Translations under genes and position numbers: made by a program
Source of the DNA: Amoeboaphelidium protococcarum X5
Taxonomy: Eukaryota > Fungi > Aphelidiomycota
Reading direction: 5' to 3'
Assembly (NCBI GenBank): GCA_023515725.1
Contig: JALDTO010000237.1
Span: 506,207 to 570,206 of the forward strand
Length of the DNA: 64,000 nt
The notes under the pieces: generated by a model
Database searches by the model: none
The model's input: only the letters and a program-made list of their open reading frames with translations
What the model was told of the DNA's origin: nothing
In this document: piece by piece, positions 1 to 11,062 of the stretch
How the letters are laid out: the number at the start of each line of letters is the position of its first letter
Numbering within the stretch: position 1 is the stretch's first letter

Positions 1-547
1 TAGGACTTACATAGCTTTGGTGAGAGCCCTGCCTGAGGATTTCATCGAATTCAGGGGTAACAGTAATAGGCGCCCTAACAGTGGTGGAAGCACCAGTAGT
101 AGGAATATCAATAGCGATGTGCAAGGATCCAATGACGGATTTAGTACGCCGGTGTCTGCAGCCCAAACGCAATCATCTTCTACCCTTTAATCTCCGGCCG
201 AGATTGCATCCGCGCAGTAGTTAAGAGATTACAACGCCGCTTAGAGCTAAAGCAGCAGCACCTCTCAGTAGCCTGCACAGCAGCGGTCATAGCGGCAATC
301 TCCATCGCGTGCTAATAAATTCTGGACCAAAAACGATCTGATTACCATGAAAAATGAGCTTGCAAGTGGGAGATCTTTCGCTCAAGTTGCCAGCAGTTTG
401 GAAAGAAGTCCATTCGCAGTCAAGTGCAAGTTAAAAGAGCAAGTCAATTCACTGGGTCATTTGAATAATGCTGAAATTGCTCGAGCAATGCATATGTCAA
501 TTCGTTAAGTTGAAGAGGTTAAATACATGCGCCTTCGTAGAAATTGA
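1..547 (+). CDS. Partial (5'-truncated) protein with a Gln/Ser-rich region and a C-terminal Myb/HTH-like domain
   Basis: Frame 2 is open to TGA at 545-547 with TAR=Gln. The C-terminus FWTKNDLITMKNELASGRSFAQVASSLERSPFAVKCKL resembles a Myb/SANT-like helix-turn-helix. Confidence 0.6.
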
Positions 548-854
548 TCATTTGATTTTGGTGAATATAACTTTTTGATTAGGTGATTAGATAATTGCTT
601 TCGATAATATTAAGAGCTTCATTATATCTTTACTTTTTTCTGTTCACTATCTCTGGATCTTTCAAGTCTATGTATTCAAGACGTGAAGCTATCCCAGTGT
701 CAAGCATTGTTTGATCAGTTTCGAGCTCTCCTGTATCGATTGGACCGCTTTTGAGAATTCCCATTAGAAAAACTTACATTTGCTGTGCCAAACCTCTGAA
801 TTCCATCATCTACTTTCAGTCATTATAATCTCCTAAAAACAAAGTTTCTTCGAT

Positions 855-2062
855 ATGAATTTCATTAAAGTTAGGCGCTTACTGTCCGCTGCAAGGTAAA
901 GCAATGTGGTTCGAATAGTGGAAGGTAAATTGCATATATTTAATCTAGTCATCTTTTAATCACTTAAACTTAATCTAATTTGTAGTCGGTCCTAGAGACG
1001 GTTTGTAGAATGAAAAACTAACGCTAAGCGCTGCGGAGAGAGTTCAGTTCATAAGAGATCTCTCAAAGGCTGGTCTGTCTAGAGTGGAAGCTGCTGCCTT
1101 TGTCTCTCCACAATGGGTACCATAAGTAAGACAATCCTGACTTTTATTATAGCGCGACAAGTCGCAATGTCTTTATTACATTGATGAATATGTAGATGTC
1201 AGGCGCGGCTGAGATAATGACCCAGATTAGTTAGAATCAAGTTCCTGGATAGTATTTCCCTGCCCTGGTGCCTAACATTAAAGGCTTGCAAACATTTATC
1301 GAAGCAACTGACAATGCTGCGCAGCCTCTGTAACGTGAAATTGCTATATTCACAGCAGTGTCAGACTCTTTTAATTTAAAGAATACTAATGTCAATGTTA
1401 AAGCGTCATTGAAGAAGTTTGAACAAGTTATCTCGATGGCTCAGGATAATGGTATTCGCGTTAGAGGCTATTTGAGTTGTGTATTGGGATGTCCATACGA
1501 GGGACTTAATGTGGATTTTACCAAAGTTCGTCAATTGTGTTCTTAATTGCTCGATATGGGCTGTTATGAAGTCTCGCTGGGTGATACTATAGGTACGGGC
1601 ACTGCTGTTAAAGTTGAGTAAATGATAGATTGTCTGCAATAACAATCATCCGCATCATCTTCTGATTTATCCCGCATCGCTGTTCACTTTCACGATACAT
1701 ACGGTTAGGCTCTGGCTAATATTCATCAGTCTATTAGAATGGGAATACGTACGGTAGACTCTAGTGTAAACGGTCTTGGTGGGTGCCCATACGCTTAGGG
1801 AGCTAGTGGTAATGTTGCTACCGAGGATGTCCTGTATTTGCTGCGTGATTTGACCGAATCTGACAATTTGATATTGGAGATTTTTGATGATTAGTAAGGT
1901 GAGATTGCGCACATTTAAGGCCGTGAAGCTATAGACACCATGTTGAGGGAGGTTGCTCTGGTTGGTAGTCAAATGTCGCGTCGACTTGATCGCCCCATTG
2001 GAAGTAAAGTTGCCGCTGCTGTACTGACCAAATCTAATGCTACTAAAAAGAGTAAACTATGA
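855..2062 (+). CDS. HMGCL: Hydroxymethylglutaryl-CoA lyase (3 exons; introns 925-985 and 1126-1195)
   Basis: Motifs VRIVEVGPRDGL[Q=TAG 1006]NE, SPQWVP[Q=TAA]M, GCPYEG, EVSLGDTIG, HFHDTYG[Q]ALAN and GLGGCPYA[Q]GASGNVATED. Ends SKL-TGA. Confidence 0.96.
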
Positions 2063-2251
2063 TTAATAAATTTAAAGTTGCTTTAGCCTCACACTTCACT
2101 CTGAGCTCCGTCCCTTGCTTAATCTTGTGTAACAGATCATCGAAATCATAATGTTACAGCAGCAAACACGATTGTTTAGAATTGCTTGTTGTGCAACTAA
2201 CTGTGACCTTCTTCATATTCCATTTCATCAAGAATATTATTAATATCAGAT

Positions 2252-2881
2252 ATGAATGACAAATTAAGTGACAAGCTTAGTGAGCAAAGTGAGGAAAATG
2301 AAAGACTCCTGTCAGTGATCGATGTGGGCAATGTGGTGCAGGGCTCTTACACAGCTCTTAATACATGGCTGATTGATTTCAAAAAATTTATCGCTCGCAG
2401 CTCAACAGTCAATGTCGGATTGGGTATAATAGTGGGTGGGATATTTAGTGAACTGGTTTCAAGCTTCCTAAAGGACATCTTGATGCCCCCACTTGAATTG
2501 GGATTCGGCAACTCTCTCGTCAATCTATTCATCGTGTTGAAACCTGGCAAATCTAGGCGTGATTACTACACCACTTTAGAAGAGGCTGTGGCGGATGGTG
2601 CAGTAACCGAGAATTATGGACAATTTCTGCAGATTCTCGTCTAGTTTCTAATCATTGTATTCATTCTTTACTGGCTGATAAAAGCATACACCGCATTTAC
2701 TGAGAAATTCGAGCGAGAGCTGATGTAGATGAACATCAGCAGGGGTGAAAGTGTTAGCTAATCATCAGCAATATGTCCTCATTGTCTCGAGCAAGTCAAG
2801 CTGCTAGCATCTAGATGTCCGCATTGTACCTCCTAAATTAAGTAGTAACAAATAGCTTATGACTCCACAGACAAGTCTTGA
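2252..2881 (+). CDS. mscL: Large-conductance mechanosensitive channel MscL-family protein with a C-terminal CPHC..RCPHC zinc ribbon (209 aa)
   Basis: FKKFIARSSTVNVGLGIIVGGIFSELVSSFLKDILMPPL (TM1), NYGQFLQILVQFLIIVFILYWLIK (TM2) and CPHCLEQVKLLASRCPHCTS. Intronless; TGA at 2879-2881. Confidence 0.88.
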
Positions 2882-2985
2882 AATATAATATATCTGCCTC
2901 ATCTGAATCCCGCGTTCCACAGTTTCACTTTCTTATTTGTTGTTTCAACTCCATTGTTCAAAGCGGGGGTTCTTTTAGTGTTATC
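2711..2985 (+). repeat. 275-bp diverged direct repeat, copy 1 (MscL 3' CDS plus 3' UTR)
   Basis: Colinear with 10750-11024, from gagcgagagctg to tcttttagtgttatc. Confidence 0.92.
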
Positions 2986-3089
2986 TGATGATCTGAAACC
3001 GTGTTGACGCGTTTCAGTCACTCACTCATTCTCTTTATCACACATAAGTTGAAACAACTGTAAACATACTTGTTATATCTCATATTCAC

Positions 3090-4970
3090 TTAACTCTTTT
3101 ACCTTATACTTAACAAATATCACAATCTCGTACTCTAGCTATGCTCTTTTGGTTAATGATAAAATAGTCTATTCTTGATTATGATTTAACACCATTTACA
3201 ATGTAGACAGAGTGGGTAAAGCATCTCTTGTCTGGGTTAAGAAGTCTCCAGATATCAATCAGTCTATGCTTGTACTGTTCATTAGTAATTTGACGCATTA
3301 TTTTAACTTCGGCTTGGTAGAACTTTGGCGAGATCTGCTGTCTCCGACTATGAATCTGTAAATAGATGGGTCGAGAGCACAGTCCCAGTCTCCACCAAAG
3401 ACAGTATGTACTGAGTTATCGGATTGTGCTAGAACTTCTTCTATTTCACTTGCAAATTTTTCTAATTCAGATTAGCTCTCCTTCTTGCCAGGAGAAGGTG
3501 GTAGGTAGAAGCATACTGTAAGCATGTCTTTGTCTTTACATCTAAGTTGTATACATGTAATTCTTCCTTCTAATTAAGAAACTTCCTAAATGCATCCTTA
3601 CCAGCATTTGGCGAATATAATCGCCGTGCCTTTTCCATGTTTGTCATATTTATTGAAGCCATCGTTGTGATCAGTGATTATATCATAGTATTAATTTAGG
3701 ATTCTATACTTCTTTATCCATTTACTAAACTCTTCAGCGGATGCTCAGGTCTCAGTCAACATGAGAAACTCAATTTACTTGGTGCTATCGAGGGCAGCTT
3801 CTTGAAGCATTCAGGATGGTAGATTTCTTTATAGTGCCGTCAGCTCTTCCGAAGAGACTCTACACTTTTTGATCAATGATGTGGATATGATTATAACTAT
3901 ATATATTAACTTTTGGAGGGTTTAATAAAGATCTAAAATTGATGTAGGCGTCATCCAGCTAAGATATTCTATTTAAGTTTGGCTACTTCGAATCAAAATG
4001 AACCTCAGCTTCGTTGTCTGAGCGAGGGGTGGAAGCGCGAAAATCAGACAGAGATTTGAGATCACTGATTGAAATTTGTTATTTGTTAATATCATTTTCC
4101 CTTCCGTCGTTGGAGTTATTAGCTGGAAATCCTACTTTCATACTCATCTTGCTCTTCTTTAAGCTTCTGGGTGGATACGATACAGAGCTGGTGACTTATG
4201 TTCACTGTGAGGGAAGACAAATCCTTTCGATGCAAAAAAGTCTTAAACCTGTTTCATGCTTTCCGCATTGCCAAAATCAAATTAGACCTCAATTGCATTA
4301 TCTGTCAGTTGCCAGTATTCATAGTACTTAATCTAAATTTAGTTGGCTTTGAAAAAATGATTGATGCGTTACGTGTGAAGAACTCTGGTAGCCTTGTGTA
4401 TGATGGTGCCTGCTAGACGAAGTTGTACGCTGGGTAATTGTCATCCTGGATGAATATTTTACCATTATAATCTCCAACTCTGGCATTAGCGCTTTTACAT
4501 TAATTCCCTAGATCTCTTCTGCTACATAGACCGTTATGCGTCTTACAGAATATTCATTGGATTCTCCCATGATCGTATGTGTAGCACCAGAGTTACGCGT
4601 ATTCCATTTGTTATGTTTGGATGGGGGTCTCTATGTAGAGTTTTTATCTTAGCTATAGCCAGGTCGAAAGTGATGTCATCCGGCGCCCAAACCCAGTATC
4701 TATGATGCAGATGCATTGGATTATATCTAGGAGCCTAAGATTCTTAGAAGTCGGTTGTTAGAGCTGCAGTCTCTTGTTCATGTTTCGGCAGCCATTGTGA
4801 CTCTAGATTAATGCGTAGTTTGATACTCCTCTAATTCTTGGCTATTATACATCGTCTTGTCCTCAAAGCGCTAAAAAAGCCACTTGGATCACCTGCCTAC
4901 TATTACGAATTCGTTTAATCCATCATCATTTCTACTTGCTCTTCTAGTTCTTTGTATACATCTTCAAGTT
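3090..4970 (-). mobile_element. Degenerate non-LTR retrotransposon (L1/Tx1-like): APE endonuclease relic plus possible ORF1 remnant; no RT domain in place
   Basis: Minus-strand motifs FLMLTET, GKGTAIIF, EGRITC, CFYLPP, VFGGDWD (3382-3396), LIDIWRLLNPDKRCFTH and SRIDYF (~3164-3178). Contains in-frame TGAs and a frameshift. The ORF1 part (3900-4970) is poorly supported. Confidence 0.75.
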
Positions 4971-4974
4971 CTTA

Positions 4975-5625
4975 GGAATAAGATCGCAGACATGTGCCTT
5001 CTTCAAGTAAACAGCCATATCAAGCATCGGAACGGCATCATCGGAAAACATGGCGACAAGATAATGCTAAAGAATGACCGGTGCGTGTATATAACATAAA
5101 CCGCTTAGCTGAACGCGTTCCACGTAGGCATGGGGCTTGTCCTTGAGTAACTTATGATCGCGGAAAATTACATAACTATTTTCGGGACCCCATTCCGGAT
5201 GCTTGCCAACAAAAGCATCAAACAAAGTCCCCTCATCGTCGAAGTTCTTGCCGACCTTTCCTATAACAACAATCCTTCTAAGTCGCTCACGGGCCTATTT
5301 CAATTTATTGCGCGCCTCATCAGATACCATTGCACGATCAGGATTGAGAAGATTGTCAAATTTCTTCGTTCGTACCACACTTTCCTCGTCTCGAATAATA
5401 CCCTTTGCATACAGGAAAAAAACGCAAAACATCTTTCATCTCTTCTTCTGTTAGCCCGTCCGCCTTAATCAGAGCCATGGCAGAATTTGCGTCGTCGTCC
5501 GATAATTTCCAAGAATTTCGACGCTTCTCAATAACGGCTACCTCCGTAGTCACAGCTGCACTGATCTTAGCTGCTTTCGTGGACGATGGCGAATCAGACA
5601 ATATCTTTCGTTTTCTGCTCGACAT
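4975..5625 (-). pseudogene. Truncated, frameshifted papain-like cysteine peptidase gene
   Basis: Removing one base from the A7 run at 5416-5422 joins MSSRKRK... to ...YVERVQLSGLCYIHAPVIL[Q]HYLVAM, whose Q-x4-C resembles the papain oxyanion Gln and catalytic Cys. The His-containing half is missing. Confidence 0.5.
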
Positions 5626-5897
5626 TTACAAGAGATGAAGAAATGAAAGTAAATGAAATCTATAATCACGTGTTTTGTTAGTCGTGTAAGAGAATAACCG
5701 GCAAGATCACGTGTTTACTTTAATATCTGCCTGTAAACAATATGCAGTAGGCAAAGGAAATCAGGTGAATCGAAATGAGGCAAGGAAGACGTCTGCTTGT
5801 TACACAATTGAAAACAATTCGGAGTCATCGTGACTTAGAAAGAACAATAAGAATACGTGCGGTCCGAGGCCACAAATTGAGTAAATATATTGATTTT

Positions 5898-6401
5898 TCA
5901 AATTGATTAAAAAACGAGATCGACTTAGTTCTTGATCTCTTGATTTTTCTCCACCGTCAAAACAGCCTTCTCGATGTCGAGGTCTTCCGAGTCAGTGTGT
6001 AAAGGATTGATACCACCGCAAGTGACCTTGAAGATTGTAATTGACACTAAAAAAGCCATCCCGATCAACATGAACAGAACATATGGACTCCCAAAGCTTA
6101 AGAGAGTAGCCCAAGCGCATAGTGCATGGCCGGCTCCAAGTACAAACACGTTCGAAGGGAAAAAATAGAACCAGTCCAGTAAACAAGGGATCAGCGAACA
6201 AATTGACACAAACACGGAAAGTACTGCTAGGATGGCGTACAAGACAATAACCGGCAGGATCACGGGCAATCCAATATATAGCAACGCAAAGCTTAATATA
6301 AGAACGAGAGGTGTTGAGAAAATTCCATAGATCCATCCAAGCCCATATGCGGCCAGTGAAAAGACACCATTTAAATCAGGAGTATTTTGGATCGAGTACA
6401 T
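5898..6401 (-). CDS. Small hydrophobic multi-pass membrane protein of unknown function
   Basis: Open frame from ATG 6401 with 3-4 hydrophobic segments; first TGA at 5898-5900. No family recognised. Confidence 0.45.
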
Positions 6402-8413
6402 CAGATAAAAGCTTTTGACCAAAAATACTGCGCTGTTTACCTTACTTACTTTTCAATATTGTAAATAAAATGAATGGATGTTGTTCTTCTAGAGTACTCT
6501 TAGGAATGTGGAGGTGAAATCCCCTTTTCAATAAGTTGTGGGGTAAATTGCGCCAATATCACGCGTTTACTTAAGTTTTTTGCCACTTTTTGGATAAGTT
6601 ATTGCCCTAATGTTATGGCGCAAAATCCACGCTCTTTGTATATGTTATACAGATTTGAGACCTCTATCGAAAGGTACTTATTTAATATATGTCTCATAAG
6701 TATTTTTTGAGTTATTCTTGAATTTATTAAAATATTTAAATTAACTTTTTTTGTAGTGAGTTATTCTAGCACTTAGAATAGCACTAACAAAAACTGGCAA
6801 ATCAAAAATAGGGAATCAATTAAAATGGTGTCAAAAATCAATTTAAAAGCTTCAGACGATTTCCCAGTGTAGAATATATTTACATGACCAATTTTTATTC
6901 AGTTTTATCATTAATTTGATAGTGTTTCAACACGAAATAGTTAATCACCATGCCAAAATTTTCATCAAAGTATTGTTGTGAAAATTAGCGCAAAACATAG
7001 CGACTGATTGGAACGAGCGCGCACGGAAATGCGCTCATTAATCAAATACATTATAATACGTATCGTATTGGATGTGACTTGAGGAAAAGGGATATTGCAC
7101 ATACTGCGCAAGAATATAGACGCGTATATACATCCTTCTTCATGAGATTGTTTTACCGGGCTTTCGTTACAGTCCACTTGGTGTATTCTAAAGCAATCGG
7201 CCAATGCAATTTGCACACTGGTGACACAATTTTATCAACTGAGAACGCCAGTTTATTGTTAGACAAATTTAACCAGTAAGAAAATCAGAGTAACGTATCT
7301 TTGTGCTAACTACACTCAATGTGAGTAGATTATATTCTGTTGGGACGCGTGTCAGTATTGTTGCAAGTCTTGATGATTGGATCATTGTTTACACATCATT
7401 TACTGAGTCTTGGAAGCTATTAATAATACGCGTCCATAATGAACAATAATAAACTCTTCTCTGTAGTGAAATAAATTTTCGTACTCTTGAGACGGTACCG
7501 TGCCGAACAATGAGCAATATCAATACATAACAACGTCTGCCGCGCTCCACGAGTTTCATTGCTATTGCTGATTGGTGCTGGGTGATTAGGAGGCGAACTA
7601 CACCTACTGTCCCTTTTGTGACAGCAACGCGCGTTATGAAAAGTCCCTCTATTACAGTGGGCATCTGGTTGTCGAGTGTCCTGTCGCTATGGACATGCCC
7701 GCTGATATGTTAAGGTAGTTCGTCTAGTACCTTTTGAAGAGGTAGGTTGGTCCGGCCAACCACGTCCTCCTTGTGGCAGCGTACTGTCATGTCCAAAAGA
7801 AGTACATGCTGTACACCAATGACATTAGTGCGCCTCCGCTCCTTCTCTCCCGCGAGTAGCTGCTGGAGTGTCCTCCTGCTGTGGTAAAGGCTCTGACGCG
7901 ATTATATCAAAAGTCTTATACATTGGAAGAGATGTGTCGTTCTGCGCTGGAGTAGAACTACCAACTCCATGCACGTATCCACGGCAAGCAATCAGATACG
8001 TGCTTTCTCTGCGAGCAGAAGCCTGCACCAGCCGCTAACTGCACTCTTGGAATGTCTTCTTTGCCTCTGCCCAGACTGATGGTGCCTCCCGCCCTCCTTC
8101 TTATATCACAATACCGACGCTTCCAAAGACACTTAATACTGTTTTTATGAAAATCTATCTCAAATCGCCACTCTCTTAAAATATAGATCATAGTAGCGCA
8201 GAGGGGTGAAATATTAATTTCAGCTCTGCAACTTCCAATGGGGATCGCATTGTTTCAAATTTGTCGCGTATGCCAAAGGATATGCCCCAACCTTATTTTA
8301 TGAAGTGGCACGCGGAGCTACAAACTTCAAACTAGAAAGATGAATAGTATTTAGCACAAATTTAAGCGTTAGAGAAGATAAATGTAATTTCACTGGCTAA
8401 AAATGTGCTTTAT

Positions 8414-9682
8414 TCAACGAGGCCTTTTATCAAGATCAATCAATAGCTGTTCCAAATCACGGACTTCGTCTTCCGGCATAATACGAACACGCGAATACAT
8501 AGGTGCTATATTAATAAATCCTGATAAGAATTTAGGCTAAATTAACTAGAGCTTTTAAGAACGAGCTACTTTCTGATCGTCTTCGCCATCCCTCTTTCTC
8601 TTATTGCCTATTTGCTTACCAGTAGAGATCCCAGTGGATTGAAACTCATACGACTTTAACGGCGTCTTCGTCTATGAGAGGTCATCTTCCAATGATACGT
8701 CGCGATCATCATCACCGCAAGCTAGCAAACAAATAGATATTACAGATAATATCACACCCGTCATCTGCTCAATGCAGTAAGAACGAGCCACCATTTCCTT
8801 AGAGTAAGGTTCTCTGTCGTCGGCAGAGTCGCTGCTCCCAAACGGCCAGGTGTGTATAGCTTCACGGGCATCATTTTCCACGAATACTTTAAAAGCTTGC
8901 TAAGAATAGAGAATAGTTGGGCATCCTGCCCGATACATCGTCGAAATCATCTGGATGCCACGTGAGCCATGATGCCATGGTTTATCTGTAGGAAATGCCG
9001 ATGCTTTCTTACATTCAGTTGCCAACAAAGCATTTCCAGACCAACCTCTGAACAAAGTGTCAGATCTGCCGCGAATATCGTAATGTGGTCGAGACAAGAT
9101 ACCACCAATGACAAATGATTAATTGTGGAAACCCCTGACTGTAATATCAAGACATGAACCAACTTACACCACAAGAGCATCAAACGAATCTTATATTATA
9201 CTTTCGCTTCCGGACAAATTTAAACTAACGAATTCGCGATAAAGTCGTTAAATTTTAGAATTATTCATTACTTTCTAATTTACAATATCAAGCCAATTTG
9301 ATGGTGCACCAACGATAGCGGCCAATGCGCCAAGAGAGTCTATAGGCTGCAGGCTTCTGTAAATAAAAGGATTTAAAACCAGGTGCATCATTGCGGAGGC
9401 AGTAGGCTTTTTTACAATCTAAATATCACCAAGCGAAGCATTAGGTGACTCAACGAACTGCCACACACCAGCTTCTTCATCAAGATACACGCGATTAGCT
9501 TGCAGCTTCGCACTCATTAACTAGTTTAAATTTTGCTCCACATTGATTTCCTCCGGTAATTCGAGTGACTCTACAGAGACCTAGGATTCAACATCGCTTT
9601 CACTAAAGTAGCTATCAATATCAGAGTTGACTCGGATGTTTATGATCTCTTATTCACTTTTAAACTTAGGACCATGAAGCAT
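8414..9682 (-). CDS. Uncharacterised 422-aa protein with a putative PD-(D/E)xK restriction-endonuclease-like core
   Basis: Single open frame under TAR=Gln that joins the track ORFs at 8900-9097 and 8672-8881. Motif pattern SESIIQ...RGRSDTLF...LLATECKK...GIQMISTMY, plus an NLS-like KRKR. Confidence 0.7.
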
Positions 9683-10663
9683 CTTGTTAGTGTATATACA
9701 GAGGTTATAAAATCTGTGAAAAAGAAATGAAATGTGCAAGTACAGTGGAATCTTAGTTTCAATCTCATTGGTAGAATTGGAAGGGACGGTCCTTTAAAGC
9801 CCCTCGTTTTTACACTGAAATTCAGTTCATGTGAATCGTTCTGTTTCAAGATTGAGTTACAAATAATCGATGGTTTCATAGTAGCATCAATATATATTGT
9901 TATGCCGACTTTTTGTGCTATTTATGAAAGCATCCTGTAGTATTATCTCTTTAGAAACAACTAATTACTATGTCAGATACAGGTATACGTTGAGAATTTA
10001 TTTCACCGTAAGGTACATGTAAATTCAGTTTTCTAGTTAAGTTCAATCCTTCTCAAAAATGTTGTACGCGAAATTGTAATTCAACTTCCGTCTACGAGCC
10101 TCACGACGCTCAAAATCCGAGAAATGATGCTTATTCCTTTCAGGCGCACGTAATATAACCACGAATGTTCTGGGACATCTTCGGTTGGCGTCCTGTCCGC
10201 CAAGGAAGATTTAAGACCCGGTTACCTGCAAATCAGCAAGAGCTTGCATTGTTATGTCACGGAGTTATTCGATGGAGAATTAACTTTGGTTGCAGTTGAG
10301 TTGACCTGGCGCAGTGGACTTTTTGCATGAAATACTTGATGTCTATGTGCATATCTTGCTGAAATACTATCGCGCTGTAATTAATGTTTGGTCGCTATAT
10401 CAATAAGTATTTCGTTTGCTAGTCATTGTTATTGCATCATACTGTGATTATCTTTGCGTCTGGGTAAGTTGGGTAAATTGGCACACGTGTTAAGTACTGC
10501 TACGGAGGCGCTCATTGGTGCTGCAGATGATGAAGGGCTTATGCAATGAATTTAAGCAAGGTGTCATGCTAAATTGGTCAAGGTTAAGGTGATGGTGTCC
10601 AGTGCAATGCCAGGTTGAGTTTTTGGGCTTTGTTACGTTGTTGGGACAATTCGAAGATTACAG

Positions 10664-10750
10664 TTGCTACTACGGGGATATGTGGGTACCCCGATGAAAA
10701 GATCGTCGGAGCTTTTTTGAAAGTGTACGAGTGATCGCTGAACCCGCATG
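10664..10750 (+). pseudogene. Short coding fragment (LLLRGYVGTPMKR...), inverted paralogue of 13781-13866
   Basis: The 87-nt segment matches the reverse complement of 13781-13866. Differences in the first half are mostly synonymous, and there is one 1-nt indel. Confidence 0.6.
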
Positions 10751-11024
10751 AGCGTGAGCTGAAAGAGATGAACATTAGCAAGGGTGAAAGTGTCAGCTAC
10801 TCATCAGCTGTATGTCCCCATTGTCTCGAGCAAGTCAAACTTCTAGCATCTAGATGTCCTCATTGCACCTCTTAGATTAAGTAGTGAAAAATAGCTTTTG
10901 ACTCCACTGATCAGTCTTGAAATAGAGCAGTTTCCGTCTCTTCTGATTTCGCGTTTCACAATTTCTGATTCTTCTTTGTTGTTTCAACTCCATTGTTCTG
11001 AGCGGGGGTTCTTTTAGTGTTATC
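10750..11024 (+). pseudogene. 5'-truncated MscL duplicate (direct repeat copy 2)
   Basis: Encodes ERELKEMNISKGESVSYSSAVCPHCLEQVKLLASRCPHCTSQIKQ-TGA and retains the 3' UTR. The TM region is absent. Confidence 0.9.
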
Positions 11025-11062
11025 AACACACTCAAATAACACTAAATATCACAGTAAAAGGC

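Noticed and set aside
3740-3820. In-frame TGA codons in the endonuclease relic as Trp or Sec recoding
   Set aside because: The same element also has a frameshift and truncation, and TGA is the terminator in all intact genes, so decay is the simpler explanation.
6800-8200. Possible gene or retroelement remnant on the minus strand
   Set aside because: Frames are broken by TGA and shifts and I recognised no motif, so it is left unannotated.
9880-10450. Coding-like minus-strand stretch
   Set aside because: Multiple TGAs and frame changes, with no identifiable family.
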